A stretch of DNA of 64,000 nucleotides from Octopus vulgaris (taxonomy: Eukaryota). The DNA is taken from the NCBI GenBank assembly GCA_951406725.2, contig OX597814.1, positions 180,606,001 to 180,670,000 of the forward strand, written 5' to 3'. The notes under the pieces are model-generated. The model ran no database searches. It saw nothing but the letters and a program-made list of their open reading frames with translations, and had not been told where the DNA came from. The first letter of the stretch is position 1; the number at the start of each line of letters is the position of its first letter. Shown here one piece after another: positions 13,273 through 26,414 of this stretch. A program made the position numbers and the translations under genes.

Positions 13273-14262
13273 ATAATAATAATAATGAAATTATTGTATA
13301 CAGTGCTCAGGTGCACCACAACTTGTCAGAGTATATGCAGTAATGTACAAATGTCTGGAAAGCAAACAATGCATGAGTCAGATAGATGCTTGTGTGTGTA
13401 TGGAGGGGAGAAAATCAGGTGTAGTGTTGGCGAATCTCAGAAAGCATGGGAGTTTTGAGAAAATCAGGTGTAGTGTTGGCGAATCTCAGAAAGCATGGAA
13501 GTTTTGAAGGATGCAGTGCTCCGACAGCTAACAACTGATGCCGGCAGTTTGTTCCATGCTTCATCAACTCTCAGCGTGTAAAAATGTTTCCTGAAATCAT
13601 GGGAGCTGTGCTGTTTTCTGACTTTGTAAATATGTCCACGGGTGTTAGATGGGTGGAGTTTGAAAAGGTGCTCAGAGTTATTGTTTGTACGATGGTTGAT
13701 AATTTTATGTGTGTCTGCCAAGTCAGCTGCCAGACGTCGGAGTTTCAATGTGTCCATGCCCAGGGAAGTAAGGCGTTCAGGATATGGCAAATGCCTGATG
13801 GAGGGTATTCTTTTGGTTGCACGTCGCTGAACGGCTTCCAGACGATTGATATCCTGGGCAAGATAGGGGTTCCAGACCGGTGATGCAAATTCCAGGTGAG
13901 GTCTTACCATAGCTATATAAAGCCGCAGATAGATAGTCGGAGAGCGGCTCACAAATGATTTGGTGAGTGATGCCAAGACACCCTCAGCCTTCTTGACAAT
14001 TTTAGCGATCTGTTTTGTCCAACGCAAATCAATGTCGACAATAACACCCAGGTCACGTTCACATGAATACTTTTTGAGACTAGTGTTGTGGAGGGAGTAG
14101 GTGGACGCTGGGTTTCTCCTCCCAAAATGCATGGTGGTACATTTGTCCACAGCCAGCTTGAGTTGTCAGTCCATGATCCACTGCTGCATTGTGTCCAGGT
14201 CTGCTTGCAATAGAGATCTATAGTGTACAGGATCTGACCTCTTTATTTCGAGGTACAGCTAC
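13273..14262 (-). mobile_element. 5'-truncated CR1-like LINE (ORF2 C-terminal part, ORF 13464-14150)
   Basis: ERDLGVIVD, VRPHLEFASPVWNP, LEAVQRRATK, FYTLRV..WNKLP motifs; (ATT)n tail; 49-bp tandem duplication at 13410-13507. Confidence 0.92.
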
Positions 14263-14278
14263 ATTATATCCCTCCTCT

Positions 14279-14323
<45 letters not shown>

Positions 14324-14974
14324 CTGTTGTTTAGAGGTTGTTATTTTCATGAACAGAGGTGATTGTGTTGCTTGGTCTCTGTTGCTTTCTTACATTCTCT
14401 TTTTTTCTCTCTTTCTTCGATAAAGTGTGTAGGGACGCAATCTCACATGACATGAAAATCAACAATTAATTTCGTATTACGGGATTTCTAGTTACGGCCT
14501 GATTTTCAGGCACGTATTACTTCCGTAAAGCGAGGATATCCTATGTTATTTTTAAAAGTTTAGAGTTATCTGCTTTGCTAACTACTTCTAGATTATACCC
14601 GCTCTCTGAAGAAATCTATTAAATACTTAGATAATCTCCGTTGACTGAAGTTTCTTTATTCACTATATTATATGCGCGAGACCCTCCGTATTTATAGTTC
14701 TAAGTTAGCTACAAGTTCTTAATTTGGGATAAAGTTATGATGATTATTATTTCGACTCCTACTTCACTCGTACCTTTTTGTTTATTTCTTTCTTTATTTT
14801 ATTTTATTTTTTCAACTCCAACAGGATGGAAGGCAAATATGACATTGGCAGGATACGATATCAACACGCAATTACGATATCAACTCGCAATTAAATACTA
14901 CATGGCATTTTGTCCGTCATCTTAAGGAATTGGCCGATACCTTTCTCTTCACTGTATTAAATATTAGTTTCAAA

Positions 14975-15555
14975 TTTTGGCACAAGGCCGGCAATTTCGA
15001 AGGAGAGGTTTATGTTGGTTTCATCGACTTCAGTGCTCAATTCGTACATATTTTATCGACCACGAAAGGCAAAGTCGGCGGAATTTGAACTCAGAGTGTA
15101 AAATGCTTAGAGTCGAAATATCGCTAAGTATTTTACCTATTTATTTACTGCCCACAAGGGGCTAAACACAGAGAGTACAAACAAGGACAGACAAACGGAT
15201 TAAGTCGATTATATAGACCCGAGTGCGTAATTGGTGCTTTATTTATCGACCCCGAAAGGATGAAAGGCAAAGTCAACCTCGGCGGAATTTGAACTCAGAA
15301 CGTAGCGGCAGACGAAATAACTATTTCTTTACTATCCACAAGGGGCTAAACACAGAGAGGACAAACAAGGACAGACAAACGGATTAAGTCGATTATATCG
15401 ACCCCAGTGCGTAACTGCTACTTATTTAATCGACCCCGAAAGGATGAAAGGCAAAGTCGACCTCGGCGGAATTTGAACTCAGAACGTAGCGGCAGACGAA
15501 ATACCGCTAAGTATTGTACCTGGCGTGCTAACGATTCTGCCAACTCGTCACCTTT
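14975..15555 (-). mobile_element. Head-to-tail array of SINE family A units
   Basis: Three successive cores with recurring GAAATAG|GTATTTC-type junction. Confidence 0.85.
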
Positions 15556-16852
15556 TCATTGCATTAAATATTTAAGAACAGAAAAAGGAACGTGACGTAA
15601 AGTGGTTTTCGAAATAACTTGGAATTTTAATCTCTTTCTATTCAAACCACTCCTGAAAAGCAATCAAAACGGTAATCTACAGGAAGCAATACATGACCTA
15701 CTTGAGAACATCAGTTCAACAGAGGGCAGATCGTGTGACAACACTGAAACTGCATTTTGAGTGGGTGACGAATTCGAAACTTTCGGTTATATAAACTCCA
15801 CATTGTTGTGTTCTATTTGTATATAATTGAGGTCGAATAGAAACAGAGCTTGTTTTCTTGTCACCTTTAGAAATACATGTACGCATCCCGTCGCACACAC
15901 ACAAATCGTACACATACAATGTTTCTCACTTGCGTTATACGATTCTTTGTTCACAAATAAACAAGCAGAAATACGCAGACACACTTATTTACTCTTTTCA
16001 TACATTCTTCTTTTCTTTCATCTTTCTCTTTCTCCCTCCAACTCTATGTTTCCTATACTGTTTCAAGTATCTTCTTACCTAATAGCTGTATCATTACCAA
16101 AACACACAGCCACACACGGTGACGTTATAGAGTTATCGAACGCTATTTATAAAGTCGACTGTGAGTTCAAGCGACTGAAATCTCTTGCACTGGTTTTCTA
16201 TGCACGAATCAACTTCCGCTGAAATCTTCAAACTTGTCTGCCCGCAGCGTTATCAGATTTTCAACTATGAAATAAATAACAATTGCCGATAAATTAAATG
16301 TCAGATGACAAAACAAAATTTGAAAACAGAAAAGAAAATCTAAGTAATGACTCCATGTTCGAAATAAATCGATGGATTATAGAAAGCTTTAAATTTTTCA
16401 AACGAAAAGAGTTAGTATGTATTTTAAATCTATTTCCAAAGAATGGAGGAAAAAGCAGAAGCTACTTTTACAGTTTAGGTCTTTAAAGTAACGTTTTTAA
16501 TTCATTTAACACTCATATATATCAACAATAAACTTCTCCGTGTACACGAATTAAGGAAGACACCTTGAGCACAAGGATATGTGATCTAACATTAAAGCGA
16601 AAAAAAAATCAACGAAATCAAGGGAGAGAATGCAATGAACAAGCACATGATAGAGACTTTGAATCTTGTCTGTTTTTAGCCTCGAAAGAGTTAATGTGAT
16701 TGGCGCTGGCTGCTGGAACCTACCGGCCAGTAATTAAAAGGAAATTTGGCTGGATGGTCATTCGCCCGATGACATTCGTTGACGCTGCATCGAAGAAACC
16801 AAAGAACAAAAAAGCCAAAGATAAAAGAAAAACAACGCACTCAACATCAGAG

Positions 16853-16950
16853 CTGAAGACGTCACCGAAAGGAAGTGGGGCCGCCACGTCGAAAACGGTA
16901 GAGGAGTAGGGACCGAAACCGGACGTGATTCCTCCTGATGATGTCCTTAA
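16853..16950 (+). ncRNA. Cluster of hammerhead half-motifs (possible degenerate double hammerhead)
   Basis: CTGAAGA, CTGATGA, GAAAACGGTA, GAAACCGGAC with cross-complementary TCAC/GTGA, TCCTC/GAGGA, GGAC/GTCC. Confidence 0.35.
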
Positions 16951-17114
16951 CCACTGGATCCTATAAAGAAGCCGTTCAGGTAGCTAACCACGAAACGAGG
17001 CTGGAATTTCTATGACTTTGTTTAGGTGTAAACGATTTGTTGACTTGTCCAAATACAAGTATATGTATGTGTATTATAAATATATATATATATATATATT
17101 AGCTTAATAGTTAG

Positions 17115-17156
<42 letters not shown>

Positions 17157-17278
17157 GTGCGGGTTCGAGTCCCGTAGCCACCAGCTGGCAACTTTTTTCC
17201 GTCTTATAAGGGTAAATACCCAATCTTTCTCCACTGACTTTGCAGCTTCACGGCGTTTGAAATTTTATTTCTTGTCTG

Positions 17279-17333
<55 letters not shown>

Positions 17334-17334
<1 letters not shown>

Positions 17335-17455
17335 TGGCCTACTCGCTTAGCCAGCGGGGTGGCGTCATTTGAAGGCTAAAACAATGCGAAGCGCATTGTG
17401 ACCAGCGATGTGTAGCAACATCTGATAGCCTAGTCGGTCACGGTGATCACGGTGA
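17334..17455 (+). mobile_element. Short retroelement 3' end with (TCACGGTGA)2 tail inside (TA)n
   Basis: TGTGACCAGCGATGT...GTCGGTCACGGTGATCACGGTGA, homologous to the 13060-13118 tail. Confidence 0.6.
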
Positions 17456-17496
17456 TAGATATATATATACATACATACATACATACACACATACAT

Positions 17497-17556
<60 letters not shown>

Positions 17557-18300
17557 AAAGTATAACCTTCCAAATCGTTTCCCTAAGTTCCTCATCTCTG
17601 ATATATAAAATGCAATTTGGGAAAAATATTTAAACGTTAAACATTGGCGATCTTTGAACATGATGGAAATATTTTAAATGAATGAGATAGTGCCCGAAAA
17701 TAGATAGAAAAGATTTTAGCACTATGGCTTTTGCATACAAAATAGAGGAGAAAATGCCAAACATGTATAAAATATGAATTTGTATAAATGAAAATGTAAT
17801 ACTTTATCTAGTGGAAAGAAGGAAGTGAAGAAGGAGGAGGTAGTGGAGGAGACGTAAGAAAGGGCGAGTGAAAGAGCAGCGAAGGCAGAATTTAAGAGAA
17901 AGAGGGAAAAAGAAACAGTGTAACGGAAAGAGAACAAAAAAGCCAAAGAAAAAATAAAAACAACGCACTCAACACCAGAGCTAAAGAGAAAACGAATGGA
18001 TATAAAGATATATATGAAAATATAATAACGAACGAATATGTAAGATACAAAAAAATTAGCGAATTTATGGTTATGTATTAAACATTTGAATAAGGTTCTC
18101 AAGAAACTAAATTCAGGAAACAAATTATAATCAAAGTTAAAAGTTACATTTAAGCATGTTTTGTAAGAATCTTGATGTTAAATCGGCTGCTGAAACAAGA
18201 TATTTTTTTTGTATTTCGGGACGGTCATCTTGTCAATAAGCATATGCACTATTCGTTTGATCTTTCCTCTAGCTTAATGATTATTATTATTAGTTTAGTT

Positions 18301-18343
18301 GTCAGTTTTCTTTCGTCACGTATAGTGTGACCTCTGCAACGAC
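18301..18343 (-). ncRNA. Degenerate hammerhead in 3' pLTR
   Basis: GTCG-TTGCAGA-g-GTCA..TGAC-GAAA..TGAC; core mutated, stems retained. Confidence 0.45.
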
Positions 18344-19648
18344 TCTCAGTTCTTCGAATCTCCTCTTCTCTCTAGTTTTGTCATGTCTATTCTATCTTGC
18401 TGTTCTGTGGTATATATCCATACCAGTGCATACTGTTGCGTCTGTATCTGCCTGTGTGTCTGTGTGCTTAGTATGTATATCTGTGTCTTGTGTGCGTCTA
18501 TATGGATTTGTATATTATTCAGCTGGTACCCGTGTCTTTTTCCTGTCTTCAGTTGTCAGATTGTTGGGTGGCGTGGAGTGCGAAGTGTCGGGTTGTTATT
18601 ACTCCATTCACATTTTCGGTCTATTTTCTGTTATCAGTGTGACCTTCGTAATATTTCTGTGAGTTGTATCAGTTCTATGTGTCGATAAGGTCCTAACATC
18701 TATGTTATCTATCGAGAACTCATATTGTAGTTTAGCATGTTGGTATAGCACTGAGGAGGTTTTCTCCTCCTCGAGTTGCCCGCCAGTATTCGCTTATCCT
18801 CTCACTCGTGCTACGGGCTATATCTTCAATGTACGCCCTTGCCCTGTGTTTACACCGTCCCTTGGTACACCTTATATTATAGACTACATTCTTAGTTTTG
18901 TAGTTTTCTGTGGGTTTACTCTGCACATTATACAGTTCCTGGGGATTCTTTCAATTGAGTAAGTTTTACAGGTCATGGATTTTTGGGGAGTTTCTGGCAT
19001 TTCTACTACTTTAATCCGTAGATTCTGTTTACCTAAGGCTTTTCTAAAAGGGTACACTACTTCACCTCCAGGGCTCGCATCGATGAACATGACGCTATGC
19101 TAGTTTGGGCTGCCAACCATGAGATGAACTTACCTATCTTCTTAGTTCTTTCTATGTTATTTTATGGTTTACTCCTGTATAGCAGGTAGACCTCATAGTT
19201 TTCAATTGTGTCATGTCTCCTTTGTACACCCTGATCCTGTCTCTTTAGCAGTATCAAGGGAAATGCATGCTGTGAATGGAGTGCTGTATGTGTCTCTCTA
19301 ATTCCGTTGGATTGCATATGCAGGACACCCTTATCAAGTTCACTATTGGGATATTGAACTTAGTATTATCCACAATAGCTGTGTTCCATTGGAGCAGGTA
19401 TTTGGAGGCTATGGGTTTGGCATACTGTGGATGGAGGATTTAAACCTTGTTATACCTAGTTTCCATCCAGAGTTCACTGTCTAAAACAGGTAGTCGGTAG
19501 TTGGGGTGCTTACATTGAGAGCATCCAGAAAATATCTAATTTTATCCACTAAATTATTAAGGTAACAATAGATCACCTTAGCATAATCACACAAAAACAA
19601 GATGGAATTGACAAGACCAGAGAGGAGAAGCGACACGAAAAACAAACA

Positions 19649-19691
19649 GTCACCGAAGAAGTCATCGAATGTGTGACGAAAGAACTATGAC
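19649..19691 (+). ncRNA. Minimal type I hammerhead in inverted pLTR
   Basis: GTCA-CCGAAGA-a-GTCA tcgaatgtg TGAC-GAAA-GAAC-TA-TGAC; one core change (U4 to C). Confidence 0.65.
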
Positions 19692-20044
19692 AATTAATTA
19701 ATAAAAATATAACAAAGCGAAAGTGAAGATGAAATAAGAAGTGCCTGTGTTTATAGGCAAAATGACCATCTGCAAATATAACAATAAAATTAAAACATTG
19801 CACCGGCAATCCCCTTTAAATTTTAACTTGGATTTCATTTTAGTTTTCATCGCTTTTATTTTTTCAAATCTAATCTCTTATTCCCGGCCTTGATTTTAAT
19901 ATATTCTTATATTTTCAGATGCCTTCCATACATATTCATTCTTTAAGCTCACCCATATGTTGCTTATATCTATATAACCATTTATTTTTCATTACAGTAA
20001 ATCTCTTCTTCTTCTTCTTCCTTTTTCTACAACCTTTCCTCCTT

Positions 20045-20080
20045 TTTTCTGATGAAGCGCTATCGTCCGAAATGTTAAAG
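20045..20080 (+). ncRNA. Decayed minimal hammerhead
   Basis: TTT-CTGATGA-AGCGCTATCGTCC-GAAATGTT-AAAG, aligns to the 41111 and 46082 motifs; stem II damaged. Confidence 0.45.
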
Positions 20081-21745
20081 ACCCTTTCAGTTTTCTTTCA
20101 AACGTTCTACTATTAACATCTTTGTCAAAAATTATCACTCTTGTGTTTTGCTTGTTTCTACTCATTCTTCATATATATATTTTTCTTTAATCTCTTTTTC
20201 TTATTCTCGGTCACTTTTTCCCGCCATCCTAATTTTTCAGCCACCCTGATCTATTCCTTTTCCTTCTCTTACAGTCTGCACTGTTCTTTTCGCTGTTGTT
20301 TCTTCTCTCCTTTTCTTTTTCCTCCCCCTCTAATTAACATAATCCACACTTTATATATATTCTCTCTATTTTTAAATGCCTATTTGTTATTTTTTTTTTT
20401 TGTAGTTTTTCATTTTTATTTTGTATGCAGAGATAATATGGCTAACCAATAAAATTCTTTCATATCTATTTTGCTGTTATATTGTTTCCAATAAAAATAA
20501 GATAATATTATACGATATCTTATTTCTTGTATACAATAGAAGAATGAGACATATTTTCCCAGAGTAACTAAAGATTTATCTATTAAATATAGTGTATATG
20601 ACTACTTTATTTATATTTCTTCATGTCACCATCCTCTTAATTCCAATATTTGTAAATTTCTCATGAGTTTGGCAGCTTAAGCATGAGTTGAGCAATCAAT
20701 GGCGAATTCTTAATTAAGACGAAATTATTCGACATAATTTTCTTCTGAAGTGACAACAATCACTTCCAAGCTAAATTTAAAATTTTGGTGGGAAAGGGTA
20801 ATAGCATAATAATAGGTACACAGTTCCCGAAAATAAAATGGGTTGGTCATTATTGGATTGCTTTCAACATCTGCTTTGCAACCGGGGCGGACTTGTTGCT
20901 AAAATATGATAATAGAAGAAAGGAAGGCAGTGACAACAAAGCCTAGAAGAATTAAATACATGAAACCATCATCGTCAAAAACTGAATAATGTAAGTTAAT
21001 TAATCCAGCCGTCTACAACTTCATGAATATATTTTTTCTTTGTTTTATTTCTGGCAGAAAACTTTATTGACTTTTTTATGTTCTTTTCCTTATTTTATTT
21101 ATTTTATTATTATTATTTTTTTGTATTTTATTCCTTCTCCTTTCTTTTCTTTTTCTAAAATAAAAAAAAAATTGTTTCTTGATATTGATTGTGCACCCTC
21201 CCATCCTGGCTGCGGAAGAATAGTCACACAAACTATAATGGCTACTGAATTTGGACAACGAAAACGGAGAAAAGAGGAATTTATACAAAGAATCATAAGG
21301 AAAATAAGAGAGAGAGAGCGAGACAGAGAGAGAGCGAGACAGAGAGAGAGGGAGACAGAGGGAGAAACAGAGGACAGAGAGGGGAGGAGGAGAAGAAGGA
21401 ATAACAGACTGGGTGTGAAGAAGACAAGCAATATAAAATCGTTAATGATGGCTCCAAAGAATTTTATTGATGAAGACCAACTAAAAATATATATTATATA
21501 AAACGCTATCCTCTCCTATATTATTTTTCTATCACTTCTTCTTCTCTCCCTCTCTCTCCCTTTCTCTCTCTCTCTCTCTTTCTCACTCTCTCCCATTTCT
21601 TGTAATTCCTTCCTTTATCACTGCAAAGAAAATAACACTCGCATGTATGTGTAAACAGACGCGCGCTCACGCACACACATACACACACACACACACAAAC
21701 ACACATACACACACACATATATATATATGTATATATATATATATG

Positions 21746-21790
<45 letters not shown>

Positions 21791-21886
21791 GCATATATGT
21801 ATATGTGCACATACAAAAATAAATATATATATATACATGCATACATATATATATATACACACATATATACACATACATACACATAG

Positions 21887-21964
<78 letters not shown>

Positions 21965-22520
21965 CATACATACATACACACGCTTCACATCCCACGCCTT
22001 TTATTTGTATACTTAATTATTTTCTTCCCTCTCCACTGTTTTCCCTCTTTCTGTGTTTTCCAACAATTCCGTTGTTCACTGACACCTACTTTGTTTGTGC
22101 TTCCATTTTCTCTCTGCACATTCCATCTTCCATATTCTATCAATCCATATTCTATCCTCCATACTACTTTCGACTTTTTTCTACTGTTTTCCGATGCCGT
22201 CCCTTTCCTCTTTCTATTGACCATTTCCAGTTTCTCCGGCATTCTCTGTCGTTCTCACTATTTCTATTTATTCTGTGTATCTCCTGCGAGATAGTATGAA
22301 CTAGATTTGATTTTATGATAAATCTATTTCTAAAATTATACGCCAGATAGTATAGTAATATATTGTAATCCAAAGTCATGTTTGGGTACTGTAAATTCTT
22401 TCATATTTACGTTGTATGTCAAGAACAAAAGTCTAAGCTCTATCTTCATTCTATTTTTGACCTCTGACCGAATTCCTTGACAAAATCGCCCATTTAAAAA
22501 AAAATATTCCTTTATACACA

Positions 22521-22569
<49 letters not shown>

Positions 22570-22602
22570 ACACACATACACCATATATATATATATATAT
22601 AT

Positions 22603-22975
22603 AGGCGTAGGAGTGGCTGTTTGGTAAGTAGCTTGCTTACCAACCACATGGTTCCAGGTTCAGTGCCACTGCGTGGCACCTTCGGCAAGTGTCTTCTACT
22701 ATAGCCCCGAGCCGACCAAAATCTTTTGAGTGGATTTAGTAGATGGAAACTGAAAGAAGCCCGTCGTATATATGTATATATATGTTTGTGTGTTTGCTTG
22801 TGTGTCTGTGTTTGTCCCCCCAACATCGCTTGACAACCGATGCTGGTGTGTTTACGTCCCCGTAACGTAGCTGTTTGGCAAAAAGACCGATAGTACAAGT
22901 CCTGGGGTCGATTTGCTCGACTAAAGGTGGTGCTCCAGCATGGCCACAGTCAAATGACTGAAACAAGTAAAAGAG
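22603..22975 (+). mobile_element. SINE family B
   Basis: Full head, central domain and tail. Confidence 0.9.
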
Positions 22976-23018
22976 TATATATATATATATATATATATAT
23001 ATCTTGACACGCTGACTC

Positions 23019-26000
23019 TTACTTACTTGTACTTGTGGTGACATTTACCCTGGGCGGGTTGAGTCGGCTTCTTCTACCACACTCGCGGCATCTCGAACCA
23101 TGGCAGCCCACGCACGACGGTCCTGCGCCAGTTCACTGGAGATAGCGAGCCAGTAACGGTTCTATCGGCACAGGCCGACCACCTGTGGTCCCGTGAGCAC
23201 GGAGAGGTCCTCCTTGATCGTCGTAACCCAGGTCTTCAGTTGTCCGCCCGCGCGTTTCCGCCAGTTGGGAAGTGGAGTTGGGAGAAGGACATCAGGCTCA
23301 GTTCACCCACCGGATGCCTACATGCATGGCCAAACCACCGCAAGCGCCGTTGCAGAAGGTCAGATGGAAGGGGCCGCAGAGACAGGCGAAGTCGGAGATT
23401 GGCGGTGGGAACTCGATCAAACCCGACGGCAGCGAAGAATGCACCGGAGGCAGTCATTGTCGAAGACTTCCAGCTTTCGTTGATCGACCACCCGCATAGG
23501 CCACGTTTCACAGCCATAGAGAAGTACTGTACGAACGACGGCCTGATATATTCGCCCTTTGGTCACCGATGCGATCTCTCTTCGGTCCCACAGACACCGC
23601 TTCAGGCGTCCAAAGGCAGATCGAGCAGCATTGATGCGATGATCGACCTCAGCTGCACCCTGACCGTTTGGGATCAACGTTGAGCCCAAGTAGACGAAAG
23701 ACTCCACATCCTACAGGTCCTCGCCCGCGAGAGATATTGGCTGCCAGATGTCAGTCGGAACCAACGACTTCACCTTCGACTTGGCGGCATTGATTCGGAG
23801 ACCAACCGCGGCTGCTGCCGTTTGAACCCCTTCGAGAGCCGCTTGAACATCCTCCCTGCTTGCAACCATCAGTACGATGTCGTCCACGTAGGCCAGGTCC
23901 GTCACCGCGACTCCTCTCCCAACCTCTACGCCCCGGTAGTCCCGGAGCGGGGTGTTGAGAACGTAGTCAATGGCGAAGTTGAAGAGGGTTGGCGACAGCG
24001 CGCACCCCTGCCGCACACCCGTCCCAACATCAAACGGCGCTGTCTGCTCACCATAGACCCTGACGCGTGCTCGAATCGATCGGTAGTAGCCTTGTATGAG
24101 GCGGAGCAGCTTCTCTGGGATACCGTCCGCCTGCATTATGCGCCACAGGGCCTCCCGATCTACCGAATCAAAGGCAGCAGCGAAGTCGATGAAACATAGA
24201 ACAGTAGGCTGCTGGTACGCCCACCGTTGTTCCAGAACACGCCGGAGGTTGAAGATTTGATCGACACACGCTCTTCCCGAACGGAAGCCACCCTGAGAAG
24301 GACGGATACGGACATCACGGACGGTCTGGAACCTCTTCAGCAGAAGAATTGCGAAGGATTTGGCAGCAACATCGATAAGACTGATGCCCCTATAGTTTGA
24401 GCACAGCTTTTTGTCACCTTTTTTGAAGAACGGCAGGAGGGTTGCATCACTCCAGTCCTCAGGGAAACGCTCTGTCGCCCACACCGCGGAAAAGACTCGA
24501 TGGAGCCAGGATGCGAAGACATCTGGCTCGGCTTTGTATACCTCTGCGGGACACCATCTTCGCCTGGCGCTTTGTTGTTCCGAAGACGGGTGAGGACACC
24601 GCGTACCTCCTCGACCGTTGAAGGGGCAGTGCTGCAACTGTAGTCGTCCCCAGTTGGCTGCACGAAGGTTTGTGAAGATGGTGGCGGATGGTTGAGCAGC
24701 TCGGAGAAGTGGTCCCGCCATCGATCCAGCCGGTCACTAAGATTCGTAATGACCGCGCCAGTCCGATCATGGATCGTCTCACTGAAACCTGTATTGCCTC
24801 GGCTAGCCTGTTCCACCAGCTGGTAGAGTTTGCGGGAGTCACCACAGGCTGCTCTGCGAATGCACGACAGTGTGCATTCCGATCGGCCCGGATGGCCCTC
24901 GAGGTGCGTCGTCGCAGATCTCGAAAATTTGGTGCACCCTCCAGTCGAGTCACTCTCGCCCTCTCAGCGAGTTCAAGAGTGTCGCCGGAGATCCAGTCCC
25001 GATGGCATCGTCTGGTGGACCCAAGATGCTTCCCGGCCACCTCAGTCGTCGCCGACTTGAGTGCGCTCCATTCCTGCTCCGGTTGTTGAACCAACTCGTC
25101 GCCAAGCGCTAGGAATCGGTTTCTGAGCTCAAGCTGAAAATGGTTTCCAGCATCGAGTTTCAGACGCGAGACATCGATCCTCTTCTGGCGCGTAGGAGGA
25201 GGTCTCGCCTGCAGACTGATACGGAGGGTCGCCCGAACAAGAGTATGGTCTCATCCATGTTCACTGCCCGTGTCAGCCCCCCGGAACGCCCGAGTGTCCA
25301 TCACCGAGCTGACTCACCGCGATCTGACCAGGATGTAATCGATCTGATTGGCCGTTCTCCCATCATTGGAACGCCACGTGATGAGATGACGTCGTGGATG
25401 CTGAAAGCGAGTGTTGGTGACGATAAAACGATTAGCCTCCGCAAAAGACACGAGTCGTTCACCATTGTCACAGCGAGCACCTAGGGCAAAGCGTCCCAGA
25501 ATGTGCCGTGTTGTATCGTCAGCAGGTCCGGTCCGAGCGTTCCAGTCCCCAGCAACAGTGTCCCCAGATGTTCCCAGAACATCACTAGAAGGGACATCAT
25601 CCACCGCCACCTGAAGATCTGCATCGTCTGCATTGAGGGTGGGAGCATACACAGCGATGACGCTGACGTTGAAGATTTGACCCTTCAATCGAACCAGTGC
25701 GGGTCGATGCGAGATTGGCTGACACGCTAGCAAAGCCGCTTGTGCGTCAGGACTAAGCGCTATAGCCACCCCATGGAGGCCACTGTTATCAGTCACACCA
25801 CTGTGATACAGATGGTAGGTTGGTAGGTGAATTTTTCGCCTGGGACTTTGATCGGAAGATGGCCGACGTCCGCAAGCCGCACTTCTGAAAGACAAGCAAC
25901 GGCCACGCGGTACCTGTGCAGAGCCTTCATCATAAGTGCCTGGACAACGTCGTCACGAAGTGTTCTGACGTTCCAGCACGCTACTCTCAGGTCCTTTCTA

Positions 26001-26414
26001 CGCCGAAATAGCGGAAGAGCAATAGCAGGGTTTGGGTACATTTGTGTAGTACTTGAAGTAGCAGTAGCAGCAGTAGTCGAGCGAGAATTCGCCATTGAGA
26101 ATTCATGGAAGAAGTTTCGTGGGAATATGTGGATTTCACAAGCGATCCTCAACAATCCCGCATGTAGAGACATCCTGTTTGCCGTAGATTGTCCGCAGAC
26201 GCAGGCACAGAACGACCGATGAGCCACCGGTTGCCGAAACAGACACTCCGAGGATTTTCACGTCTGCCGGGTTGTGGCCCTAATACCACTCGGTGTCAGA
26301 CCAATCCGCCTTGGGTGGCCCTACCAGGAACCGAAGTTCCCGACGGCATAACTCTGACACTACCCGTTGCCAGCGTCCTCACCACGGTGAGGAGGGGATG
26401 GACTTTGGGGACGC
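23019..26414 (-). mobile_element. Apparently full-length RTE-clade LINE, frameshifted
   Basis: APE endonuclease (WNVRTL, LSEVR, VYAPT, GDWNAR, NQIDYILV), RT (NYRGISL, FIDFAAAFDSV, GVRQGCALSPTLFN, LAYVDD, FVYLGS, LLYGCETW); TSD ACACGCTGACTC 23007-23018 / ACGCGCTGACTC 26415-26426; short AAGT-type tail. Confidence 0.95.

Larger units (their letters stand above)
18205..19785 (-). mobile_element. 5'-truncated Penelope-like element (RT C-terminus plus GIY-YIG endonuclease) with inverted pseudo-LTRs
   Basis: Minus strand LPVLD..LW..ILHPQYAKPIASKYL (RT end), KNVVYNIRCTKGRCKHRARAYIEDIARSTSERISE (GIY-YIG-like), SSVLYQH; 18205-18400 (-) is homologous to 19597-19785 (+). Confidence 0.8.

Noticed and set aside
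20640-21500. Non-repetitive-looking stretches (also 42400-43050, 47100-48400, 52100-52500) as possible exons or conserved non-coding elements
   Set aside because: No recognisable protein motif or convincing splice-bounded ORF; short exons cannot be excluded without RNA-seq
26330-26414. HDV-like ribozyme at the RTE 5' end
   Set aside because: GCGTCC/GGACGC pairing and TCCTC are present, but I could not build P2, P3 and P4 convincingly; an alternative hairpin dominates
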